A DNA stretch of 64,000 nucleotides from an uncultured Candidatus Saccharibacteria bacterium (GCA_964605735.1 CAZSDS010000001.1:406559-470558), one strand, 5' to 3'. Shown: positions 35,173 through 45,163, numbered from the stretch's first letter. A program made the numbers and translations. Notes: generated by a model from the letters alone, not told the origin.

Positions 35173-36417
35173 TCTGACTAAATAATCAATCAACTGATCC
35201 TGGAGCTGGAGCAGAATTATTATTGCTCCACCAAGCAGCATTACTGCGATTCCGGGCAGCCGCCTGATCAAGACCAGGAACATAACACCGGCCCAAAGAC
35301 CAAGCAATCTTGTGTCATGGAGCGCACCAACCAGTTTTTCCACGGCCAGCAGTTCTTCGGTGTGGTTAAAAAACACCCGAAAGTACATTTGACCCAACAC
35401 CTGCCCGACAATAAGCAGCATTGTCAGGCACCCCAAGAAACCGCTGAAACCAAGATGGAAATCCTCAACAACATATTCGTAGCTGACATCTGACGGATTC
35501 CATTCAAGAATTTTGTTGGGATCGAATTTGATCTGGTTGGGTGGCACAGCTTCAGCGCGCGCAACCGGCGCTGGGATCGCAACCGGCGCTGGCATGTTAA
35601 CCTCTGCAACCGGCACTCTTGATTGCACTTTCTGTTTTTCTGCAATAGCAGGTTCCACCACCCTCTTATGCAAGTTGATTGGTTTAGGCAAAACAACCGG
35701 CTTTTCAATTTCTGATTTTTTAATCTCAGACTCAACGGTCTTGGTCTCTGCCAACACAGGCTCAGGAGTTTTAACAGGGGCTGGTGCAGGCGCTGACGGC
35801 GCAGGTTTTGGCAAAATTTCTGACTTACCTGGAACTGGCGCCTGAGATTTGTCCTTCTCCAGTTCCACAGCCAGTCGTTTTTTCAAATCGTTCAAGCTGG
35901 TCCCTGGCTCTGCCTTTACTTTCTGCATTGCCGGGATCGCACTGATCAATTTCTTGTCCTTGATTTCCCCCACCGGCAAAACGTAAGGGCGAATATACTT
36001 AAAGTAATTGTAGGAAGCAACCGAACCGAAAACCGCCAGGACAAGAGCAATTATACCCCAACCAAAGACACTGCCATACTCGTAACCGATAAACAGCAGG
36101 CTGTAAAAAAACGCAAGGAATGCTCCCCAAGTAATTGTAAAAGTGTAAGCTACTTGATACCAGTCAAACGGCAACCTAAAACACCTGTAGTAGATAAAGT
36201 CATCAAACTTAAAGATGGTCGGCAGGATGCCTTTAGGCTTGGTCATCATGCGGTAAGTGTCATATGGGAATATTGGAAAGTAACAAAAACTCATCCACAA
36301 TGTAGTTGTGTATGAGCCGTCCTTTGCCTTGTTCTTCTTGCCGTAAAACGCCTTGCCAATTAAGTTGAAACTTAACTTCCGGTGTTTTGGGTTAAGCAGG
36401 TCGTAAACTTCATTCAT
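35170..36417 (-). CDS. multi-pass membrane protein with central Pro/Ala-rich linker (hypothetical)
   Basis: N-terminal TM helices, PAPAPV... low-complexity linker, C-terminal TM bundle. Confidence 0.45.
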   Translation of the reverse strand: MNEVYDLLNPKHRKLSFNLIGKAFYGKKNKAKDGSYTTTLWMSFCYFPIFPYDTYRMMTKPKGILPTIFKFDDFIYYRCFRLPFDWYQVAYTFTITWGAFLAFFYSLLFIGYEYGSVFGWGIIALVLAVFGSVASYNYFKYIRPYVLPVGEIKDKKLISAIPAMQKVKAEPGTSLNDLKKRLAVELEKDKSQAPVPGKSEILPKPAPSAPAPAPVKTPEPVLAETKTVESEIKKSEIEKPVVLPKPINLHKRVVEPAIAEKQKVQSRVPVAEVNMPAPVAIPAPVARAEAVPPNQIKFDPNKILEWNPSDVSYEYVVEDFHLGFSGFLGCLTMLLIVGQVLGQMYFRVFFNHTEELLAVEKLVGALHDTRLLGLWAGVMFLVLIRRLPGIAVMLLGGAIIILLQLQDQLIDYLVR

Positions 36418-36554
36418 AGCTAAAATGGGCTATTTGCTCTTGCTTTATTATATATCCGAATAAATGATTGCCACAAATTGATTTGCAACAAATAAGCGGG
36501 AGCAATCTAAATTACTTAATCCTGCTGCTTACCGCGTCATTTGCTTAACGAATT

Positions 36555-36944
36555 TTACTTTAGCTTCAGCAAAACACCTTTGCGCTTCACAATATTTTTA
36601 TAGTCCCACTGAATAGATCTTGATTTTTTCAGCCATCGGCGCAAGTCTTTTGATTTTACCTGGTCCTTGTCAGTATATCGAATTTCTGCGGCCTTAAACG
36701 ATCCTTCCGGCTTCAAGTCCGGCTCGTCAAAAGACTGCCCGCTCCAAAACAGAAGCCTGATGCTGTCCTTGAGCTTGCTGTATCCGACTATGGGATTATC
36801 GTTAATAAACCAAACAGGGTGCCCGTGCCAGATTTTACTGGTCGCACCGGTCAGGTTGTCGTCAATTTCTTTTTGCAGAAGTTTACAGATGGCCTTATCA
36901 GCGGATGCCTGCGCGTTATTGTAAGCCATTATATTTTTATGCAT
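36555..36944 (-). CDS. DUF1801 (YdhG-like) domain protein
   Basis: 129-aa ORF with a pattern like DUF1801 (HGHPVWFINDNPIVGYSKLKDSIRLLFWSG). Confidence 0.5.
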   Translation of the reverse strand: MHKNIMAYNNAQASADKAICKLLQKEIDDNLTGATSKIWHGHPVWFINDNPIVGYSKLKDSIRLLFWSGQSFDEPDLKPEGSFKAAEIRYTDKDQVKSKDLRRWLKKSRSIQWDYKNIVKRKGVLLKLK

Positions 36945-37592
36945 TTATTTTATTTGCAAACTTTCAACAATACCCGACATTTCCGCGAGCATTGAGTTTA
37001 AAGCTTCACTATCCCTTTCCGGAAAATCATTTAGGTTCTGTCCATTAAATGAAAACGTCACAACCAGAGCCTGTTGTTGAGTTTGATCATAGTAGTTGAA
37101 ATATCCATTGTCCTGGTTTGTGATGTAGGAGAAATACCAAACGGTTTTCCCATTATCAGGAACATTGCAGGTTTCTGAACTGTCCTGCGCAGACACAAAC
37201 AAATCCACCCGAGAGTAAACCTCTGTAACTTGCGTTGAGGCTGAATCGCCGCAAGGCGAACTTGGCTGGACTGTGACGACTGCGTCAGCGCTTGGCGAAC
37301 CCATGGCTATTTCCGCAAACCGGCCTCCGGTCACGCCGCTGGCCTGACTCGCCTGAGGGTTGATAAATAATATGTAATTGTCTTTTGTTATATTCACAGC
37401 AGATGCGTTGGAAGACGGCACGCTGATGTTCCAGCCTGATGGATAGTCAAATCGCATGAACGCATTTTCATAAACCTGAGTTTGTTGTTCTGATGGAGGG
37501 TTAGGGGTTGGCGTTTGGTTTTCACCTGAATCACTGGTGCATGCGGCAGAAATAAGGCTGATCCCTATAAGCAGTAGGAATAATTTTTTCAT
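36945..37592 (-). CDS. lipoprotein (hypothetical)
   Basis: MKKLFLLLIGISLISAAC lipobox-type signal peptide. Confidence 0.5.
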   Translation of the reverse strand: MKKLFLLLIGISLISAACTSDSGENQTPTPNPPSEQQTQVYENAFMRFDYPSGWNISVPSSNASAVNITKDNYILFINPQASQASGVTGGRFAEIAMGSPSADAVVTVQPSSPCGDSASTQVTEVYSRVDLFVSAQDSSETCNVPDNGKTVWYFSYITNQDNGYFNYYDQTQQQALVVTFSFNGQNLNDFPERDSEALNSMLAEMSGIVESLQIK

Positions 37593-37696
37593 GGTTCAAT
37601 GTTTCCTTGGGGATTAATGGCTACTAAACTAGGATAGCCCTGTTTTATTTCATGGTCAATGCAAAAAGCGCCAGGAAATTGACCATTGGCAATAAA

Positions 37697-37870
37697 CTAA
37701 GCCCCGATAAACTTCAAGGCCTCGTATACCAAAAAAGCAGGCCAAACAAGAGCCTTCAACAAACCCACAACTCCGCCCAAAAAAGTTGATGAGGCGCCAA
37801 TGTAATATACCGCGGCGCCTATCAAGCCCAGAAAGTAAATTCCACCTGAAGCACCATCTGTTTTTGCCAT
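37697..37870 (-). CDS. possible small glycine-zipper membrane protein (57 aa, below ORF-track cutoff)
   Basis: ATG at 37870-37868 to TAG at 37699-37697. MAKTDGASGGIYFLGLIGAAVYYIGASSTFLGGVVGLL... No clear SD. Confidence 0.25.
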   Translation of the reverse strand: MAKTDGASGGIYFLGLIGAAVYYIGASSTFLGGVVGLLKALVWPAFLVYEALKFIGA

Positions 37871-38002
37871 AATCGTAAAATTAAATTTATTGCTATTTTA
37901 CTGCTTATATTATGAAGCGGGCGGGCTTTTTTGTAAATTAGGCATCGCCTGTGCCCTATTATTGCTGAGGGCTGTACCTGAGCATTAGACTATTCCTTGT
38001 GC

Positions 38003-38030
38003 TTGACAAATGCTCTGTGGGAGTTATGAT
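38003..38030 (+). promoter_or_regulatory. folE promoter
   Basis: TTGACA, 16 nt, TATGAT, ~55 nt upstream of the ATG. RBS AAAGGAG. Confidence 0.5.
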
Positions 38031-38088
38031 AGTTAAGTAGTTATTTAAGTATTTAATTAATAACTGCCAATAAAAGGAGAAATAAAAA

Positions 38089-38721
38089 ATGGACCAAAAG
38101 AACCAAAACGAAGCAGTTACCGATCAGGCGGAAAAAGAACAAAAGATTCAGGAAATGGAAGCACATTACAGGGCCATTCTCAGCCTGGTGGGTGCAGATC
38201 TGGAGGCGGAAGGAATAAATGAAACACCCAAACGGGCAGCTAAGGCGCTTTGGGACATGACCGAAGGTTCCAGGATCAGCCATGAAAACATTGTCAAAAA
38301 ATTCAAGGCAGAGTGCAGGACTGCTGTGTGCCATGACATGGTGATCCTGCAGGGCATTAAGGTTGTAGGACTTTGCGAACACCACACCTTGCCAATCATC
38401 ATGAAAATCACTATTGGATATGTCCCTGACAAACAAATCCTGGGACTGTCCAAAATGACCAGAATAGCCCATCTGTTTGGCAGACGACTGCAGAACCAGG
38501 AAAGGATTGCCCACGAAATTGCGGTGTTCATGGAAGAAATCCTGAACCCACTGGGGGTGGCTGTGACCATAGATGGACACCATCTGTGTTCAATGGCCAG
38601 GGGCGTCCATGATATGGACTCGGTCATGAAAGTCAATGTCATGCATGGCACCTTCAAAGATGATCCTACTGTCCGGTCTGAATTTCTCCTGAGAACCCAA
38701 AACCAAGGAGGTGTACTATGA
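38089..38721 (+). CDS. folE: GTP cyclohydrolase I
   Basis: Conserved CEHH and zinc-binding region (VVGLCEHHTLPI...HHLCSMARGV). Confidence 0.9.
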   Translation: MDQKNQNEAVTDQAEKEQKIQEMEAHYRAILSLVGADLEAEGINETPKRAAKALWDMTEGSRISHENIVKKFKAECRTAVCHDMVILQGIKVVGLCEHHTLPIIMKITIGYVPDKQILGLSKMTRIAHLFGRRLQNQERIAHEIAVFMEEILNPLGVAVTIDGHHLCSMARGVHDMDSVMKVNVMHGTFKDDPTVRSEFLLRTQNQGGVL

Positions 38722-39554
38722 ACGCACTTCGTCCATTGAAATCCATTTTTGAAGCAGGCAACGAAGCTGGCGGAATACTGCCTGCTGAACTTGCCGAATG
38801 GTACGGGGGTCAGCTTAGCCTGCCTCTCTCCCCCAAGGATCCCTACGTCATAGGGAACTTTGTCACATCTTTGGATGGAGCCATCTTTCCCACCGAAATC
38901 CTTTTCGGTGATCCATCAGACCGCAGGCTTATGAGCGTGCTCAGAACCTGGGCACAGGCTGTGATTGTCGGGCGGGAAACACTGGATGCAGACCCGCAGG
39001 ACGCAACCTGGCACTACAAAACCACGGCTGCCAAAGAAGACCGGGAAGCTTTTCAAAAGTTTTCTGAAAGCATAAATCACGGCAAGCAGTACAATGTCTT
39101 TGTTTCAAATTCCGGAAAGGGGTTTGATTTTACGCGAGGCGTTTTCGCTGATCCGGATGTGCAAGCTGTGATCGCCACCACTTCCAAGGGCCAGCAGCAG
39201 GCACAGTCAGACCTAACAAAATCTGACGTTGGAAGCAGTGTCCTGATCTGGGATGTTGGCAATGACAGCGTTGACTTGAAGGCTTTGTTGGAGAAGCTGA
39301 AATCCTTGGCCTGTACGCGCGTGCTCTGTGAAGGCGGTGCCAGCCTTTATGGCAGTTTTGAAAAAGCAGGCCTCGTGGATGAACTTTTTCTGGCGAGAAG
39401 GCCGCGGGTTTCCGGCAGTGCCAAAAATTCGATTAGGAAATCTTTTTCCAACAGCGAATACGAAGGCGGCAACAATCCCCTGCTCCAACTGCGTTCATCA
39501 AGAATAGACCAAACAGAATCCATCCTGTTTGAACGATGGGTTTACTCAAAGTAA
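38718..39554 (+). CDS. RibD C-terminal domain / dihydrofolate-reductase-like reductase
   Basis: ATGA overlap with folE. N-terminal SLDGAI...LR...AVIVGRETL pattern of the RibD_C/DHFR-like fold. Confidence 0.5.
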   Translation: MNALRPLKSIFEAGNEAGGILPAELAEWYGGQLSLPLSPKDPYVIGNFVTSLDGAIFPTEILFGDPSDRRLMSVLRTWAQAVIVGRETLDADPQDATWHYKTTAAKEDREAFQKFSESINHGKQYNVFVSNSGKGFDFTRGVFADPDVQAVIATTSKGQQQAQSDLTKSDVGSSVLIWDVGNDSVDLKALLEKLKSLACTRVLCEGGASLYGSFEKAGLVDELFLARRPRVSGSAKNSIRKSFSNSEYEGGNNPLLQLRSSRIDQTESILFERWVYSK

Positions 39555-39681
39555 ACTCATAAGCCCGAATTCAAGCAATTCGGGTTTTTTCTTTGAAATT
39601 TTTTTAAAAACCCGGGCTCAAAAAAAACACCAGCTTGCTAGCTTGGTGTTTTTTCGTAAAACTAGATACTTGGCCTGAAGA

Positions 39682-40107
39682 CTAGTACTTTATATTACCT
39701 GGTCCCTTTGGAAATGGATTTGGCGCTGGAGGAGGGGGCGGATTCTGCTTGATATCGCCAGGCCCCTGTGGAGTTGGGTTTGGGCCAGGTGGCGGAGGTG
39801 GAGGGTTTTGAATGTCTCCTGGGCCTTGAGGCGGTGGATTAGGTCCCGGCGGAGGATTTTGGATATCGCCCGGACCGTCAGGTAAAGGAGAAGGGTTTGT
39901 TGGATCCTCACCTTGTTCTTCAGAGTCCGCTTCAGTGGATTCTGATTGAACCTCACCGGTTTGGTTTGACTCCTCAGTTTGCGTGGAGTTTTCCTGACCA
40001 TTCGCGTCAGTGTTCTGCTCGCTTGTTGGCTCTGGTCGGAAAAGCAACAATACCGCGACTATTACGATAAGCGCAATTATTGCTGTGATTATGTTTCGCT
40101 TGTCCAT
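39682..40107 (-). CDS. membrane-anchored proline-rich tandem-repeat protein
   Basis: N-terminal TM helix, acidic S/T/E-rich spacer, ~3.5 repeats of GPGDIQNPPPGPNPPPQ. Confidence 0.5.
   Translation of the reverse strand: MDKRNIITAIIALIVIVAVLLLFRPEPTSEQNTDANGQENSTQTEESNQTGEVQSESTEADSEEQGEDPTNPSPLPDGPGDIQNPPPGPNPPPQGPGDIQNPPPPPPGPNPTPQGPGDIKQNPPPPPAPNPFPKGPGNIKY
39700..39900 (-). repeat. In-frame tandem repeats (~54-57 nt units) encoding GPGDIQNPPP...PNP.PQ
   Basis: Repeated ggcccnggnggnggnggattttg / gatatcncc blocks visible in the DNA. Confidence 0.5.
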
Positions 40108-40211
40108 ATGTATGGCTTAATTTTTATTGTGGGTATTATAACACAAGCGGGAGCTATAACCTGCCCTGCAAATACCCACCAGCCATACTTGGGCGATTGT
40201 TACGGGGGTTT

Positions 40212-40808
40212 TTATGGTTGGAACAATTCTTCAGGGATAAAACGGACCTCGGACACTTCTGGAAATTGTTTTGCCGTGGCTTCAATTTGGAACCAAAGGA
40301 TGGTTACCCGAGCAGACCCGCCCACGCTTTTGTTTTGTGGATCTGAAAATTCCAAAGTTAAAACCTTATCTTTAAGGTCAGCTGACTTTAACTCAAAACC
40401 GGATAACGGGAATTCTGTAGTGATACCCTGAGCCCTTTCCTCCTGGGTAAGATTGCCTTCCAGCAACAACTTTATTGTGTCTTGAATAGGAGTTATTGTA
40501 ATTGGAATCTGCCGATCAACAGCCACCAACCCTTGCCTGGAAGCCAAAATGTTCCCGCTTTCATCCTTATCTTTTTCAGGGTTGTAGTAGTATAATTTGA
40601 CTGCCCTCTCTTCCTCTTCGACCATTTCTGGCAACCTCTCCTCCTCAGTGTTTTGCGGATTTTCTCCTGACTGTTGGCTTGGTCCATCCTCGCCAACAAA
40701 CCTCATGACCAACAATCCTGCCAAAACTAGCAGAATGATTGCCAAGAATGCTTTGATTTGATTCGATAACATAAATAATTTATTAATTAATAATGTGTCA
40801 ACTGCCAA
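40212..40808 (-). CDS. GerMN domain protein (membrane-anchored)
   Basis: N-terminal TM. YYYNPEKD...TPIQDTIKLLLEGNLTQEE...VLTLEFS...GGSARVTILWFQIEATAKQFPEV pattern of GerMN. Confidence 0.5.
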   Translation of the reverse strand: MAVDTLLINKLFMLSNQIKAFLAIILLVLAGLLVMRFVGEDGPSQQSGENPQNTEEERLPEMVEEEERAVKLYYYNPEKDKDESGNILASRQGLVAVDRQIPITITPIQDTIKLLLEGNLTQEERAQGITTEFPLSGFELKSADLKDKVLTLEFSDPQNKSVGGSARVTILWFQIEATAKQFPEVSEVRFIPEELFQP

Positions 40809-40923
40809 ATTTTAAAAATTATTTGAGGCAAGCAGACTACTAATGGGAATATTCTCATATATCGAAGTTAATTGCAAAAAACAAAAAAACACCCTGAGTG
40901 GGTGTTAATTTGTTTGGACAGTT

Positions 40924-41430
40924 CTAGTTAAAGACTTCGAAAGTCTCGGAACCTGTGCGCTCCAGAACATCCTGGCCGTTTGAAGCGACGTTGGAGTCCA
41001 GAGTGTTGCCTAAAGCGTGATCAAAGTTGACTACAGACTGCCCCGCCTGCTTGGCGGTTAGGTTTACAGTCATGAGCACACCCTGGCCATTAAAAGAGGT
41101 TCCCAAAGGTGCAAGCTGTGCGAACATTATTGTTCCATTAGCATTGTCGACCTTAGAGTAAACTGTCATGCCCAAGAGGTTGCGATCAGAAATCTGCGCT
41201 GAGAACATTTCTGGGTCAAAATGCATCGCGAAGATGTCGACCCCTTCTATGTTTGCACCATAGGTGTCCAGATAGACATCCATGCTGATCGTCTCGCCGA
41301 CCTGAACCGAGTTTTGGGAAGGAAACAGGTCCAACGAAACGCCTTGGGAAACACCTTGGCTTGTTGCAGCCGAAGCTGTAAACACGTTGGAAACCAGAAC
41401 CAGCCCAAATACCATTGCCATAGTTTTCAT
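40924..41430 (-). CDS. secreted cohesin-like domain protein
   Basis: Signal peptide MKTMAMVFGLVLVSNVFTASA. Body resembles the cohesin beta-sandwich (VQVGETISMDVYLDTYGANIEGVDIFAMHFDP...GTIMFAQLAPLG). Confidence 0.45.
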   Translation of the reverse strand: MKTMAMVFGLVLVSNVFTASAATSQGVSQGVSLDLFPSQNSVQVGETISMDVYLDTYGANIEGVDIFAMHFDPEMFSAQISDRNLLGMTVYSKVDNANGTIMFAQLAPLGTSFNGQGVLMTVNLTAKQAGQSVVNFDHALGNTLDSNVASNGQDVLERTGSETFEVFN

Positions 41431-41535
41431 GGTATTTTGCGTTAATTGCTTAGGTTTTGTTTGATAGCAAAATATACATGAAACTGGGCATAAAGTCAAG
41501 TTAATATTTTATACGATTTCAATATGATGCGCCTG

Positions 41536-42384
41536 CTAATGCGCCCACAAACCAGAACTGGCAGTCATGCCTGACATTTCTCCATGAGCTGTCACTTCAT
41601 GTTGGCCAATGCTGTTCGGCAATTGAACGTTGAGGGAAAATTCACCGTTTGAATCAGTTTTAGTACGGCCAGTTTCCATACCATCCACCCTGACTACAAT
41701 ATCTTCCTGGTAGCCAAATTGTCTGCCAGTGACGTTTACACTGCTGTTGGCCGGAAGGTAATAACTTCCAAGGATGATGTATGCCTGTGATGATGAAACG
41801 CTCACGACCACATCTCTACTGATGCCTGTGACATCACCTGCGATATGATAGGTTTTATTTGTTGGCGCGAAAGGTGTGTTTATTTGGGCGGTCATGAAGT
41901 TCCCGCTGGCGTCAGCTGTGGTGGAGGTAACTATGTTTCCGTTGAGCGTGACATTAATTCCTTCATTTGGTAAAAATCCAGACCCTTGAAAACTGACAGG
42001 CCCGCCAGGCAGGACAAAGTACGAACTTGGAACCACGTTTGGGTAGAACGTCCCAACGCTTAACTGCACCGAAGCCGAGTTGCCCATATTGCCTGCAACC
42101 GTCACGTTTTGGCTTGAATTAATCAAACTTACAGGCACCGTGATGGATGGAGAGGTAAATTCTCCGGCGGAGTTGGCAGTGGCGGATACTTGTTGGTCAG
42201 CAAGGGACACTGTCACAGTCTCGTCAGGGGCAAACATAAACCCCGAGACCGTAAAGCTCTGGCCTGGAAGCAAATAGTAACTGGATAAGATTACATATTC
42301 ACTTTGGGCGCTGGTTATTGGAGCGCTTGCATAGACGCCAAAGACCAAAGCGACTGCAAGAAGAAACGTAAGTATAGATTTCAT
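41536..42384 (-). CDS. secreted protein with three Ig-like (IPT/TIG-type) repeats
   Basis: Signal peptide MKSILTFLLAVALVFGVYASA. Three ~90-aa repeats each with YY.LPG...V.V.G.F. Confidence 0.5.
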   Translation of the reverse strand: MKSILTFLLAVALVFGVYASAPITSAQSEYVILSSYYLLPGQSFTVSGFMFAPDETVTVSLADQQVSATANSAGEFTSPSITVPVSLINSSQNVTVAGNMGNSASVQLSVGTFYPNVVPSSYFVLPGGPVSFQGSGFLPNEGINVTLNGNIVTSTTADASGNFMTAQINTPFAPTNKTYHIAGDVTGISRDVVVSVSSSQAYIILGSYYLPANSSVNVTGRQFGYQEDIVVRVDGMETGRTKTDSNGEFSLNVQLPNSIGQHEVTAHGEMSGMTASSGLWAH

Positions 42385-42553
42385 AATAATTATTTTAATT
42401 ATATTCCGGTTTATTTTACTCTCTCGCTCTTGCGAGTAAATCCGCTTATGTTCACAAAAATATGGTGGCGTCCTGTCCGTACGGGACGAAAATAACCGAA
42501 CCAATGTTTATTGGCAAACAAAAAGCACTAGCTTTCGCTAATGCATTTTGTTA

Positions 42554-42632
42554 TGGGGTGACATATGGGATTTGCACCCACGATCTCCTCTTCCACAGAG
42601 AGGCGCTTTGGACTAACTAAGCTAATGTCACC
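42554..42632 (-). tRNA. tRNA-His (anticodon GTG), with encoded G-1 and CCA
   Basis: Cloverleaf: G-1 pairs with C73, acceptor GTGACAT/ATGTCAC, D-stem GCTT/AAGC, anticodon stem CCTCT/AGAGG with loop CTGTGGA, T-arm GTGGG-TGCAAAT-CCCAT, 3' CCA. Confidence 0.8.
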
Positions 42633-42636
42633 ATAC

Positions 42637-43104
42637 CTATAGGGTTTTTCCGTTGTGTATTAAATAATGACAGTTCCTGCACAGCCACATCAAATTCTTA
42701 ATATCATTATTTCTGCGATTATGGTCAATGTGGTGTACTACCAAAACCCTTTTATCGTATATACCGCATTGCATACACACAATGTTCACACTTTGCTTTA
42801 CCATTATCTTGCGATAAACGTTCTCGCCATGTTTCCAGTTGCTATGCAAACTGCCACTGTAAAACTTGTTTCGCCAAACAGCTTGACAGGACTTCGAACA
42901 AAAAACGTGTCCGCTTTTGGAATGCCTTATTTCTCGGGGTTGTTTCCAAACAATTTTCTGACAGTTACCACAAGGAAGATATTTTCCGGTTTTCTGGGAA
43001 TTATACTGACATGCCCTGGAACAATATTTCCCCCAACCAATTTTCAAATGGCGGGGTTTTGCATAAAACCCTGATCCGCAGATTTTACAATTAACATAAG
43101 GCAT
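42637..43104 (-). CDS. HNH endonuclease with N-terminal Cys-rich zinc-finger repeats
   Basis: C-terminal VVHHIDHNRRNNDIKNLMWLCRNCHYLIH (HNH). Several CxxC...C pairs upstream. Start taken at MPYVNCKICG. Listed ORF extends to 43206. Confidence 0.7.
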   Translation of the reverse strand: MPYVNCKICGSGFYAKPRHLKIGWGKYCSRACQYNSQKTGKYLPCGNCQKIVWKQPREIRHSKSGHVFCSKSCQAVWRNKFYSGSLHSNWKHGENVYRKIMVKQSVNIVCMQCGIYDKRVLVVHHIDHNRRNNDIKNLMWLCRNCHYLIHNGKTL

Positions 43105-43154
43105 ATGAAAATTGTAAAAACGAAAAATTAACTTGAAAAGAGCTTGGCTGTGGA

Positions 43155-43457
43155 TTATACAATCGTATTCAGTACTATAAAGATTGCGGTATACAGCGCC
43201 AGCCATCCAACAGTATACAAGAACAGTTTGACAGCTTCCACTTTCTGACCGTTCAGGTACATCATCAACGGCCTGCCCAAAACCAGGGAACTGGTAATTG
43301 TCGCTGACAGGACGAACAGCATAAGCATCATCATCGGAACCAGGATTGTTTCTTTTTCACCAAGAAACTTCTCGGCGTTGAAAATGCCTAAGACCACCAA
43401 ACAGATGTACGCTACTGTACCCAATGCGTTCAAAAAACTGATACGCGTTAGATTCAT
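43155..43457 (-). CDS. small membrane protein (hypothetical)
   Basis: 100-aa ORF with three hydrophobic helices. Confidence 0.4.
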   Translation of the reverse strand: MNLTRISFLNALGTVAYICLVVLGIFNAEKFLGEKETILVPMMMLMLFVLSATITSSLVLGRPLMMYLNGQKVEAVKLFLYTVGWLALYTAIFIVLNTIV

Positions 43458-43479
43458 ATTTTTATATTAATTGGTTCAT

Positions 43480-43554
43480 TGGTGCCCTCGGAGGGAATCG
43501 AACCCCCATCAAGACCTTAGAAGAGTCCTGCTTTATCCATTAAGCTACAAGGGC
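43480..43554 (-). tRNA. tRNA-Arg (anticodon TCT), CCA encoded
   Basis: Acceptor GCCCTTG/CGAGGGC, D-stem GCTT/AAGC, anticodon stem GGACT/GGTCT with loop CTTCTAA, T-arm GGGGG-TTCGATT-CCCTC, 3' ACCA. Confidence 0.85.
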
Positions 43555-43836
43555 GCACTTTGTGACTATTTAGGAACTGATCGCCCAAAACTTACCCTTA
43601 TTCTGTGCTTTTTTTGGGCAAGATACAAATCCTGTCGATTTTTGTAAGGCATGTTAGAGAAAATTAATTCTAACTCTACTCAACAAAAAATCCCACACAG
43701 GGATGTTTTTATCTACTACGCAAGTGCTGTGTCAAATGCGTCTGTATTGCGAACGATGCAACAATTATACTCCATTTGGCTGCAAAAGTCAAAAAAATAG
43801 AAAGCTCGCGTTATTTCCCAATTCCCTATACAATAT

Positions 43837-44589
43837 ATGAGTATGAATACTGAACTAACCTACACATTGGTCTCCGTAGTCGCTGTCAGCCTCATCTCTT
43901 TAATTGGACTATTCCTCATTTCCCTTCGTTCGAACATAGGCCGCCGGGTTTTTGCTTTTCTGGTCAGCTTTTCTGCCGGTGCCCTCTTGGGCGATGTCTT
44001 CATTCACCTGCTCCCGGAGCTTGCTGAAGAAAACAACCTTGAACTGCAGACCTCGCTATACATCCTCGGCACAATTTTTGCCTTTTTCCTGCTGGAAAAA
44101 TATTTACACTGGCACCATCATCACGGCGAGGGCGCGGAAAACGAACACTCCACCCATCCCTTCGTTTACAACATCCTTATTGGTGATTCAATCCATAATT
44201 TCATTGATGGCATGGTTATTGCAGGAGCATACATGCTCGACATCCGGCTCGGCATCGCCACCACAGTGGCAGTGGTCCTTCACGAAATCCCCCAGGAGAC
44301 CGGCGACTTCGGTGTCCTGGTGTACGGCGGCTACACAAAAACCAAAGCCCTGATATACAACCTGATCTCAGCAGTGAGCTCAATCGCCGGGGCAATCCTC
44401 GCCTTCGCTCTGGGGAACGCAGAGACAATCCTCCCTGCCCTGATTTCCATCGGCATCGGCTCATTCATCTATATTTCTCTTGCCGACTTGATCCCCCAGA
44501 TTCACAAAGAACACACCAGAACAGGCATTCAACTGATAGCCTTCGTTCTCGGAATTGGCTCAATGCTCCTGCTCTTGTTTTTCGAATAA
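43837..44589 (+). CDS. ZIP family metal transporter (ZupT-like)
   Basis: 8 TM helices. His-rich loop HWHHHHGEG. HEIPQETGDFGVL signature. Confidence 0.8.
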   Translation: MSMNTELTYTLVSVVAVSLISLIGLFLISLRSNIGRRVFAFLVSFSAGALLGDVFIHLLPELAEENNLELQTSLYILGTIFAFFLLEKYLHWHHHHGEGAENEHSTHPFVYNILIGDSIHNFIDGMVIAGAYMLDIRLGIATTVAVVLHEIPQETGDFGVLVYGGYTKTKALIYNLISAVSSIAGAILAFALGNAETILPALISIGIGSFIYISLADLIPQIHKEHTRTGIQLIAFVLGIGSMLLLLFFE

Positions 44590-44632
44590 ATCTACACAAT
44601 ACGATACCTGAATATACGCCAAAACACTCTCC

Positions 44633-45163
44633 TTACGGGAGAGTGTTTTTATTTCTTTTAACCAACGGCCAAATGACGAGATAAATCGCAGCTAACAAAC
44701 CATAATTGATGGCCATAAAAACCGGATGCGCCCACGGCACACCGTTAACTTCCACTCCAGAAAGCGGATATAGGAAAGGCGTTGGGAAAAACTCGGTTGA
44801 ATGGGAAAAAATATCTATACATATATGCAACGCCCAACCAAGCAACAACCAAGGAAATTTTTTGCGAGCCGCCCAAATGAGCAAAACAACAACTGCCCAG
44901 ATCACCAAACTGTGGGTTAAGTTATACATCTGATCAGTTAAGCCGGCAAGCGGTATGCTTTCAAATTCCGGCCGACCATCAACCCACCTGCCTTCACCAA
45001 TAAGCAATCGATAAAGGGTTAAGATAAAAATCGGGGTGAACGAGGCAAAATCAGGCAAAACGCCAAAAACCACTCCCCACCAAATAGTTTTCTTGCTGTT
45101 CTTGGTTTGGGGAATGACGCGATACATCACATTTGTCCAAAGCCCATGCGCAAACACATCCAT
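44633..45163 (-). CDS. membrane-bound metal-dependent hydrolase (YdjM/DUF457-like)
   Basis: Starts MDVFAHGLW. Multi-TM protein with conserved His/Asp. Confidence 0.5.
   Translation of the reverse strand: MDVFAHGLWTNVMYRVIPQTKNSKKTIWWGVVFGVLPDFASFTPIFILTLYRLLIGEGRWVDGRPEFESIPLAGLTDQMYNLTHSLVIWAVVVLLIWAARKKFPWLLLGWALHICIDIFSHSTEFFPTPFLYPLSGVEVNGVPWAHPVFMAINYGLLAAIYLVIWPLVKRNKNTLP

Noticed and set aside
38031-38088. Riboswitch in the folE leader
   Set aside because: Leader is only ~55 nt with a single short AU-rich hairpin, too small for THF or preQ1-II riboswitches.
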